Positions 52,832-60,803 of a stretch of DNA of 64,000 bases are shown here, one piece after another. This DNA comes from an uncultured Spirochaetota bacterium (GTDB taxonomy: Bacteria > Spirochaetota > Spirochaetia > SZUA-6 > Fen-1364): positions 64,001 to 128,000 of the forward strand of contig CAVUXE010000003.1 of NCBI GenBank assembly GCA_963745235.1, read 5' to 3'. How positions within the stretch are numbered: the stretch's first letter is position 1; every line of letters starts with the position of its first letter. The notes under the pieces are model-generated. The model ran no database searches. It saw only the letters and a list, made by a program, of their open reading frames with translations, and was not told the origin of the DNA. The position numbers and the translations under genes were made by a program.

Positions 52832-55800
52832 TCAGTTGGCTCCTTCTTCTCGATAGTCGCACCGCAGGCACCGCTTGCTCTCCGCGAGCGCGGCCCCGCA
52901 CGGCAGCGTGAGCTCCACCTCCGCAAAGGTCCCGCTGCGCTTCGCAATCGGGATGAGCTTCACCGCCGGCCTGGCGCCCGCCACGGGATCCGCGTCCGGA
53001 TCGAACTGCGCGTCAGACACGCGGCAGGTCCGCCACGGCGCATGACTCTCTCCCGTCAGGTACGCGTCGATTCCGGCAGCCGCTCTCTCCCCCGCGGCGA
53101 TTGCCTCCACGACGGAGGAAGGGCCGCTGACGGCGTCACCCGCCGGCGAACACCCAGTCCACCGAGGTCTGTCCCGTGACCGGGTCAGCCCACAGGTACT
53201 CCCGCTCGTTCTGTTTCACCGCGACCCCGTCGAAGAGCGCGGAAGGCACGAGCTTCTGCCCGATGGCGGCGATGACCATGTCTGCCTCCAGGCCGGAAGT
53301 CGTTCTCGCCCTTTGCCACGGGTTTCCTGCGGCCCGTCCGGTCGAAATCACCAAGGTCCATTGTGCGGAACTTTACGGCCGTGAGCTTTTCACCCTTCCT
53401 CACAAGCTCCAGCGGAGCCGCAAGGAACTCGAAGCGCACGCCTTCCCTTTCCGCCTCTTCCACCTCTTCCGCGAAAGCCGGCATCTCCGCCCGCGTGCGT
53501 CGGTAAACCACCGTGGCGCTCTGTGCCCCCAACCGAAGGGCCGTGCGCGCCGCATCCACCGCCGCGTTCCCTCCCCCGATGACCACGACGTTCCTGCCGA
53601 CCCTGGCTTTCGAGGTGAGGTTGTATTCCTTGAGGAACCCCAGCGCGTCCACGACTCCCTTCCCGTCTTCTCCGGCCATGCCGAGGCTCATTCCCTGGGG
53701 AGCGCCGACTCCGACGAACACGGCTTCGTATCCCTGCTCCTTGAGGCCGGCCAGCGTGAAGTCGGTCCCGAGCTTCTTCTTCGTCCTGATGGTCACGCCC
53801 ATGTCGGCAATCATGTCGATCTCCCGGTCCAGGATGTCGCGCGGGAGGCGATACGCAGGGATGGCCTGCCGCAGCATGCCTCCTGGTTTGCTCTCAGCCT
53901 CGAACACCGTGGGCTTGTAGCCCAGGCGCGCCAGGAAGTACGCGCAGGAAAGGCCCGCGGGGCCGGCGCCGACAACCGCGATCTTCCGCTCGCCGTTCTT
54001 TCCGTCCGCAATGGGATCCGGGAGCTGGGGAGTCTTCTCCTGGTCCGACAGGAACCTCTTGACCGCTCGAACGGACAGGGGCTCGTCCAGCGTGGACCGC
54101 CGGCACTTGCCCTCGCAGGGGTGGAAACAGACCCGGGCGCAGACCCCGACGAACGGGTTTCTCTCCCGGTGCAGCTTGAGGGCCTCGTTGTAGCGCTTTT
54201 CGCCGGTGAGGCTCACGAAGCCCGGGACGTCCACGCCCGCGGGACACGCGTTCTGGCAGGGCGCCCGCACCAGCTCCGCGCACACCCCCGCGCGGCACTT
54301 GTGGTCCCTGATGTGCTCCACGAACTCATCGCGGAAGTAGCGGATGTTGGAGAGAACCGGGTTCGGGGCGCCCTGCCCCAGGGCGCAGAGGGCCGTGTCC
54401 TGGATCGTCTTTCCCAGCTCGATGAGCCGCTCGATGTCCCCTTCCTCACCCTTCCCGGCGCAGATGCGGTCCAGGATCTCCAGCATCCTTCGCGTGCCGA
54501 CCCGGCAGGGCGTGCACTTGCCGCAGGACTCGTCCTGCGTGAACTCCAGGAAGAACCGGGCCATGTCCACCATGCAGGAGTCCTCGTCCATGACGATCAG
54601 GCCGCCGGACCCCATGATGGCGCCCAGCTGCACGATGGACTCGTAGTCGACGGGAACGTTCAGGTGCTCCTTGGGGATGCGATCCGCCGGACGGTCCGCC
54701 CATCTGCGCCGCCTTGAACTTCTTCCCGTTGGGGATCCCGCCGCCAATGTCGTAGATGATCTCCCCCAGCGGCACGCCCATGTTCACCTCGACAAGGCCG
54801 ACGTTGTTCACCTTGCCGGTGAGCGCGAAGATCTTCGTCCCGGGGCTCTTCTCGGTCCCGACGGACCGGAACCAGGCCGCTCCGTTGGTGATGATGAGGG
54901 GAATGTTCGCCAGCGTCTCCACGTTGTTGAGCACCGACGGCTTCTCCCAGAGGCCCGCGTCGGACGGGAACGGCGGCCGCGGCCGCGGCTCTCCCCGCTT
55001 TCCTTCGATGGACCGCATGAGGGCCGTCTCTTCGCCGCAGACGAATGCGCCGGAACCCCTGGCGATGTCGATGTCGAAGTCAAAGCCGGTGCCAAGGATG
55101 TCCGTGCCCAGGAGGCCACGCTCACGGCACTGGTTGATGGCAATGGTGAGCCGCTCGATTGCAAGCGGGTATTCCGCCCTGCAGTAGATGTATCCCTGGT
55201 GCGCGCCGATTGCCCGGGCGCCGATGATCATGCCTTCGATGACCGCGTGCGGATCGCTTTCCAGCACGCTCCTGTCCATGAACGCGCCCGGGTCTCCCTC
55301 GTCCGCGTTGCACAGGAAGTACTTGATCTCCGATTTCGAACGGGATGCGAACTCCCACTTGGTGCCCGTGGGGAAGCCCGCACCGCCGCGGCCGCGAAGC
55401 CCCGACTTCTTGACCTCTTCCGTGATGCCCTGGGGAGTCATCTCGAGGAGCGCCTTTGCCGTCGCGATATAGCCCCCCCGCCCGATGTACTCCTCGATGC
55501 TCATGGCGGAGATCCTGCCCTTGTTGTGAAGCACGCGCAGGTTCTGCCGGGCAAAGAACGGGATATCGGCGTAGTGGGGGATCACTGCCTGCGTGATGGG
55601 ATGGCGGAACATGAGCCTTTCCACCGGTCTCCCTTTCAGCACGTGCTCCTCAACGAGCTCCGCCATGTCCTCCGGCGTGAGCTTCTGATAGAAGAATCCA
55701 CCCGGGTACACCACCATGATGGGGCCGCACGCGCAAAACCCGTTGCAGCCTGTCTGGACCACCGCCACCTCTCCCGTGGCGCGCGCATCATGCATGTCTT

Positions 55801-55930
55801 CAATGGAAACGGCATCCGTGAGCTCGTGCGCCGCCAGCTCCTTGACGAGCGCGTCGCGCACCCTTTGCGCTCCCGAGGAGACGCAGCCCGTGCCGAAGCA
55901 CATGAGGAGATGCATCCGTGTCGTCTTCAT
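52832..55930 (-). CDS. hydB: NuoF-like HydB/HndC subunit fused to a GltD/NfnB-like FAD/NADPH oxidoreductase; three indels (near 54681, 53292, 53140)
   Basis: GRGGAGFP, NADEGDPGAFMDR, FVCGEET, GGPSG, ESCGKCTPCR; then CQNACP, CARVCFHPCEGKC, GAGPAG, GGGNAA..YRR, FAGGD, CLRCD. Confidence 0.9.
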
Positions 55931-56349
55931 GCTCTTGCCCTCCCCTGCTTCTTCTCAGCGTCCGAGGGCTCGCTGCCCACGTACACGACATAGGCACCCG
56001 CCGACTTGCCCGCCAGGGTCTGATGGAAGACTTCCCTGACGGTCGCGCCGTCCAGGTGGCCGTACAGCACGGGCTGAGCGCCGAGGGTCTCCACTGTCAT
56101 CACCGGCTCGTGCTCGCACGCCCCGATGCATCCCGAGGTGGTGAGCCTGATGTCGGTGCGGCCGCTCTTCTCCAGCTCTTCGGCCAGCGCGTTCACCACG
56201 TCCCTGGCTCCGCTTGCAATACCGCAGGTGCCCATATGCACGGTGAAGCACATCCTGTAGCCGTCCTCTCGCAGGGCCGCTTTCTTCTGCGCCTCGTCAC
56301 GAATGGCCAGGATGTCCTGGAGACTCCGTATCTTTTTTGTCTCAGCCAT
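55927..56349 (-). CDS. Thioredoxin-like [2Fe-2S] ferredoxin subunit (HndB/HydD)
   Basis: MGTCGIASGA, SGCIGACEHEP. Confidence 0.88.
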   Translation of the reverse strand: MAETKKIRSLQDILAIRDEAQKKAALREDGYRMCFTVHMGTCGIASGARDVVNALAEELEKSGRTDIRLTTSGCIGACEHEPVMTVETLGAQPVLYGHLDGATVREVFHQTLAGKSAGAYVVYVGSEPSDAEKKQGRARA

Positions 56350-56971
56350 GGACCTTCACTCCCTTCTTTGCCGTCGCGCGGGCGCCCCTGGCCGCGGGCT
56401 TTCGTGGCCTGGCCGCTTTCCCCGGTTCAGCGGCGGCCGGCTCCCGGTAGCGCGCAAGTATCTCGCGGATCTTCGCCGGCCGCACGCGTTTGTGCACCTC
56501 TTCATCAATGGAGACGGCCGGCGCCAGGCCGCAGGCGCCGAAACAGCGGGCCACTTCGAGACTGAACATCCCGTCTTTCGTGGTTTCCCCCACCTCGATG
56601 CCGAGCTCCTTGCGCATGGCCTCCAGCACCTGCTTGCCGCCCCTCACGTAGCAGGCGGTCCCCAGGCAGACGCGGATCACGTGCCTGCCGCGCGGCTGCG
56701 TGGAGAAAAACGCGTAGAAGCCGACGACCCCCGCCACCTCGCTGTAGGACTTGCCCATCTCCCGGGCAATCCTTTTCAGCACGTGCTCCGGCAGGAAGCC
56801 ATAGATGCCCTGCGCCATCTGCAGCACGGGGATGAGGGCACCGGGCTTGTCCCGGTGCTCCGTCAACACCTCCCCGAGCCTGTCCTGCAGCTCGGCCTCG
56901 GTCGCCTGCCCGCAGCAGGCGTCGGAAACGCGCGGCATACCGCGCTGCGCCGCACCAGTCACCTCGTTCAT
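56342..56971 (-). CDS. hydC: NuoE-like [2Fe-2S] subunit (HydC/HndA)
   Basis: LIPVLQ, CLGTACYVRG, CFGACGLAP. Confidence 0.93.
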   Translation of the reverse strand: MNEVTGAAQRGMPRVSDACCGQATEAELQDRLGEVLTEHRDKPGALIPVLQMAQGIYGFLPEHVLKRIAREMGKSYSEVAGVVGFYAFFSTQPRGRHVIRVCLGTACYVRGGKQVLEAMRKELGIEVGETTKDGMFSLEVARCFGACGLAPAVSIDEEVHKRVRPAKIREILARYREPAAAEPGKAARPRKPAARGARATAKKGVKVHG

Positions 56972-56984
56972 GCTGTTCTCCTCT

Positions 56985-57530
56985 CTATCTGGTCACGTCC
57001 AGGGCGTCGAGCCCTTCGGCAATTTTCTCCCGCATGCGCCGCGCCAGGCCGATCTCCCCCCGCTGGCCCGCCGGCAGCGAACGGGCTATGTCCGTGGTGC
57101 TCACGCGCCATTCCCGGTCAGCCACCCGCAGCAGGCTGCGCAGCTCCACGCCCGGGTTCGTGCACACCACGGATGCAAGAGTCCCGGCGAGATCTCCCAG
57201 CGGGCTGCGGTCCACGCTGGAAAGAGGGATGCTCGCCTGGACGCTGAGCCCACCCAGCGGGGACCTGCCCAGCTGGAAGGTCCCACCGGCCTGCTCGGCG
57301 CGAAACTTGAAGAGGCTCAGGCCCAGCCCTGTTGTCTTTCCCTCCTTGGTGGAGAAGAAAGGGTCAGCGGCGACGTCTCCGGAGACGCTCAGGCCCGGAC
57401 CATCGTCTTCCACGCGGATTGTCATGATGTCCCGGGACGGCTCTTCCTCCAGGGACACCGTGATGACCGCGGCGCCGGCACGGATGGAGTTCTCCAGCAG
57501 GTCGAGGATGTGCAGGGATATCTCACGCAA
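56985..57530 (-). CDS. Hydrogenase-associated HATPase_c (kinase-like) protein lacking an H-box
   Basis: TTG start; REISLHILDLLENSIRAGA, DDGPG, DPFFST, GLGL, DRSPLGD. Confidence 0.85.
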   Translation of the reverse strand: MREISLHILDLLENSIRAGAAVITVSLEEEPSRDIMTIRVEDDGPGLSVSGDVAADPFFSTKEGKTTGLGLSLFKFRAEQAGGTFQLGRSPLGGLSVQASIPLSSVDRSPLGDLAGTLASVVCTNPGVELRSLLRVADREWRVSTTDIARSLPAGQRGEIGLARRMREKIAEGLDALDVTR

Positions 57531-58284
57531 AGGAGCACCTCCTCCCATCCGCGCCCCGGAGGGCCAGGGCAAGCTCCGCAAAGGCGGGCTCGCGAACGTC
57601 CAGCACGGTAAAGCCTGACCCGATGTCGCTGAGGAAGTGCCCGTCCGAGGAGCACAGGAGCGGCAGCCCGTGCTCCTGCCACGCCGAGGCCGTGCCCCGC
57701 GCCGCTCCCGCCGCCGACACCTCGAGGCCGTCGAACGGCACGTCGGGGGGAAGGAAGCCGAGCTGGCCGGGCACGCTGAAGCTGCGCCTGTCCATGTGCG
57801 CGGCCACGGCAAGCCCGCCATGTCTATGAATCAGCGTCACGGCGTCGCACAGGCTGAAGAGGCTCGCGGCCGCGAGCATCTTCGGCTCGATCCCCGTGAT
57901 GTTTCCGTCCGCATCCACGAGCTCCTGCTCGCAGCTGCGGCTGCCGGACGCCGGGGCGCGGGACAACAACGGCCGCCAGGCGGGAAGCCCCTCCCGCACC
58001 TCCTCTGATGCCGCGAAAGCGGCTGCTTCGTCCGGGAAGAAGCCCAGGACGTGGACTTCCTCCCGGGTGGTGATCTCCATCCCGGGAATGACACGGGGGC
58101 CGCCGAGTGACTCGGAGGCCTTCCTGACCGCAAGGACATTCCCGGCGCTGTTGTGGTCGCACACCGCTATCATCGCCATCCCCTTTTCCATTGCTTCACG
58201 GACGATGGCGCGGGGCCGCATCTGCCGCGACGCGCAGGGAGAAAGGACCGTGTGGATGTGCAGGTCCGCGGCGCATCGGATCAT
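57523..58284 (-). CDS. PHP-domain phosphoesterase
   Basis: DLHIHT.LSPC, CDHN, EITTREEVH, AAH, SSDGH. Confidence 0.9.
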   Translation of the reverse strand: MIRCAADLHIHTVLSPCASRQMRPRAIVREAMEKGMAMIAVCDHNSAGNVLAVRKASESLGGPRVIPGMEITTREEVHVLGFFPDEAAAFAASEEVREGLPAWRPLLSRAPASGSRSCEQELVDADGNITGIEPKMLAAASLFSLCDAVTLIHRHGGLAVAAHMDRRSFSVPGQLGFLPPDVPFDGLEVSAAGAARGTASAWQEHGLPLLCSSDGHFLSDIGSGFTVLDVREPAFAELALALRGADGRRCSFA

Positions 58285-58637
58285 CCCTTCGTTTTTCCTC
58301 GAAGCCCCAGCGCGTAGAGCTTCCCCGCCGTGTCGAAGGTCGACTCCCGGGTGGCGAACAGGCTGATTTTCTCCGCGGCCGCCCTGGCGCGCACGTCCGC
58401 GGGAGGCCTCATTCCCGAGGCAAAAACAACCGCCGCAAGGCCGGCATGGACGGCTACCGCCACGACATTCATGTGAACCTGGATGGTGATGAGCAATCCG
58501 CCGGCCGGAGCGTTGGCAAGCACGTCGCTGAGGAGGTCGGAGGCGTGCGCCGCATCCACGTTTCCCGCTTCGTCCATGGGAAGCTCGGTGGTGAGGTTCT
58601 CCAGGCCGAGTGCGTCCGCGATCTGTCTCAGCTTCAT
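58281..58637 (-). CDS. DRTGG/HPr-kinase-N-like small protein
   Basis: MKL.QI...L.L, SDLLSDVLA, NVVAVA. Confidence 0.82.
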   Translation of the reverse strand: MKLRQIADALGLENLTTELPMDEAGNVDAAHASDLLSDVLANAPAGGLLITIQVHMNVVAVAVHAGLAAVVFASGMRPPADVRARAAAEKISLFATRESTFDTAGKLYALGLRGKTKG

Positions 58638-60199
58638 CTGTGCTTCTCCGTGAATGGGCAATCTGCCCGGTCTGCCCGGCCCATGACGACATCCTCCGCG
58701 AATGCCGCGCAGGAGGGAGCGCCGCAGGAGCCGCAGTCCCTGCCGGGCAGGGAGCGCGTTTCCCCGTCTATGCGGGAGAGCTTCCGAATTGCCTCACCCA
58801 TGGCGGCATCCAGCCTCAGGCCCGGACGCTGCGCGAAAGGCATTGCCCGCGCGGCGACCCCCGCAGGCACGCCCGGCGTCGCAGGAACGGTCTGCCACAT
58901 GCCGGCGAGCTCCGGCTGCGAGCCAAGGAGAGGGGATGCGGAGCATCCTCCCGCGCAGAAGCGAAGGTCCAGGACGGCCGCGCGGCCCAGCGCTCCGGTC
59001 TCAGCGCGGGAAAGGACCCTCATCACGCTGCGGGCACCGCTTGCAGCCAGCTCGCCGGGCTGCAGGGACGCGAGGGGGGGAACGGTGACACCCAGGGGGC
59101 GACGGACGGCAGGCTGGACGTCCAGAAGAGGCCGGATGGCTGCCTTCAAAGCAGCCGGAGAAACGACTGTCAGCCTTTCCGTGAGGCTGGACCGGGCGCA
59201 CTCCCCGTATTGTCCCGGGCATGCGGCCACAAGGAATACTGGACGCAAAGGGAACTCCTCGCAGGCTGTTTCGGCTGGTGAATGAAAGACGCAAAGATTC
59301 GGAATGAGGGAGGGGAACCTGCTTTCGATCACCGCCGCAACAGGCGGACATAGCGGAGGGATTCGAGGGAGAGGGAGCTCCCGTGCCGCGGCTTCGCGCC
59401 GGGCCTCCGCCAGAAGCGACTCCTCCCACTCCTCGAGCAGCCTCATCTCGGTGAACCCGAGCTCGCGCAGCGCGGAGAGAACCTGCTCCGGGGGGCGGAT
59501 GCCGAAAAGGGCAGCGAGCAGCCCGCTGGGTGCAAGGAGAAGTGCGTCCGCCGGGACACCCGGCAGGGGCGCGCGCGGGATGTCAAAGGCCCTGTCAGGG
59601 CACTCCTCGATGCACGCAGTGCAGCCGATGCACAGGTGCTCCAGGAGAACGGGGCGCCGGTCCCGGGCGCGAATTGCTCCCACGGGGCAGGCAAAGATGC
59701 ATCTCCGGCAGCCTCTGCAGCGATCCGTGTCCACCACCAGGGGTGTTGACGAAACGGGAGCCTGTGCCGGAGAGGGCGAGCCCGTCCCGAAGAGAATCGT
59801 GGACCTGATGCGCGTGCCTCGGCCCACCCTGGTCTCGATCTGGAAATGGTCGCTGTTTCGACGGATATTCGGAAGGCCGAGGCCGGCTCCGAACCCCATC
59901 TGCCGGGCCTGCTCGGAGGCCGTGGACCAGCCCTCCTGCAAGGCAAGCTCGACATCGGGTATCCCCGGGCCCTCGTCAGCAACCTCCAGGTCGAGCTTCG
60001 TCTCATCCACGCGGGCCCACAGGGTGCCGGTGCGGGCGTGGATGACCACGTTCATCTCCGCTTCGTAGGCGGCAATCATTGCGCGTCGCAGGACGGAGGC
60101 ATCCACGCCGAGCTTCGAAAGCTGCTCCTTGAGCTTCCGCGCCGCAAGGCCGGCGGAATCGAAGTCCCCTCCCGCAATTCGAAAGCTCAGCGTGATCAT
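58634..60199 (-). CDS. RsbT-like Ser/Thr kinase fused to 2x[4Fe-4S], a degenerate [FeFe]-hydrogenase-like domain and a C-terminal FeS domain
   Basis: YEAEMNVVIH, DEGPGI, GWST, GFGAGLGLPN; CRGCRRC..CP and CIGCTAC..CP; PLCPP, AACPGQ, FCAGGC; LPGRDCGSCGAPSC. Confidence 0.85.
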   Translation of the reverse strand: MITLSFRIAGGDFDSAGLAARKLKEQLSKLGVDASVLRRAMIAAYEAEMNVVIHARTGTLWARVDETKLDLEVADEGPGIPDVELALQEGWSTASEQARQMGFGAGLGLPNIRRNSDHFQIETRVGRGTRIRSTILFGTGSPSPAQAPVSSTPLVVDTDRCRGCRRCIFACPVGAIRARDRRPVLLEHLCIGCTACIEECPDRAFDIPRAPLPGVPADALLLAPSGLLAALFGIRPPEQVLSALRELGFTEMRLLEEWEESLLAEARREAAARELPLPRIPPLCPPVAAVIESRFPSLIPNLCVFHSPAETACEEFPLRPVFLVAACPGQYGECARSSLTERLTVVSPAALKAAIRPLLDVQPAVRRPLGVTVPPLASLQPGELAASGARSVMRVLSRAETGALGRAAVLDLRFCAGGCSASPLLGSQPELAGMWQTVPATPGVPAGVAARAMPFAQRPGLRLDAAMGEAIRKLSRIDGETRSLPGRDCGSCGAPSCAAFAEDVVMGRADRADCPFTEKHR

Positions 60200-60549
60200 T
60201 GCGGCGGCACCTTCTCCGCGCCCAGGCACTGCGCGGCGCGCGCGCAAAGGTTTTCACGGCTTGCCCGCGATACCAGGAGCGCGGCGCCGGCTTCGCGGGC
60301 GAGTGCCACGACCCCCGCGTCAGGTTCCTTTCCATCAGAAAGACAGATCCCCGGAACGTCCATCAGCTCCGCCACCCGGATAAGCTGACCATTGGCAAGC
60401 GAGGTGATAAGAAGTGTGCCGGGACCGGCGTTTGCGATGAGGTCGCTCATTGTCGCTCCGCCGTAGACGCGGAGGACATCCGGGTTTGCCGGTCCGCTCG
60501 GGACGACCAGGCGGGCTTCGATGGCGCTAGCAAGCTGTTCGACCTTCAT
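60196..60549 (-). CDS. DRTGG-like small protein, first gene of the hydrogenase operon
   Basis: MKVEQL, TMSDLIA, LLITSL.N.QLIRVAEL, GKEP. Confidence 0.82.
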   Translation of the reverse strand: MKVEQLASAIEARLVVPSGPANPDVLRVYGGATMSDLIANAGPGTLLITSLANGQLIRVAELMDVPGICLSDGKEPDAGVVALAREAGAALLVSRASRENLCARAAQCLGAEKVPPQ

Positions 60550-60588
60550 GAAGCCTTGATCCAATTCGACAGGATCGCTTCGATATAT

Positions 60589-60604
60589 TGCAAGCGTTGT
60601 GCCA
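60589..60604 (-). promoter_or_regulatory. sigma54 -24/-12 promoter of the hydrogenase operon
   Basis: TGGCAC-AACGC-TTGCA on the minus strand, matching TGGCAC-N5-TTGCW exactly, 40 nt upstream of ATG 60549. Confidence 0.85.
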
Positions 60605-60755
60605 ATCGTGAATTCAGTCTCGATCAAGTTGGCGGGCTTCGAGATCGAAATATCACAATGGGATCAAGTCTTTCCGCTGTAATGAGATGTGATCGTCAGG
60701 CTTCAGGGGGAATTCCGGCATTCAAAAAGGGCTAAACGTCCTCAGGCATCGTTTG

Positions 60756-60789
60756 TGGGCATATCTTGCACATGGGCGACTTATGCACA
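60756..60789. promoter_or_regulatory. Tandem 17-bp dyads, candidate enhancer (UAS) for a sigma54 activator
   Basis: TGGGCATATCTTGCACA directly followed by TGGGCGACTTATGCACA, about 150-185 bp upstream of the -24 box. Confidence 0.6.
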
Positions 60790-60803
60790 CCCGGGCGCGT
60801 CAG

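Noticed and set aside
56342-56440. Lys/Arg/Ala-rich tail on HydC as a DNA-binding module
   Set aside because: Short low-complexity tail of a kind common in high-GC genomes; no further support
60606-60660. Rex-like boxes (TCGTGAATTCAGTCTCGA; half-site ATCACAA) upstream of the hydrogenase operon
   Set aside because: Only 10 of 14 matches or a half-site; too weak without comparative support
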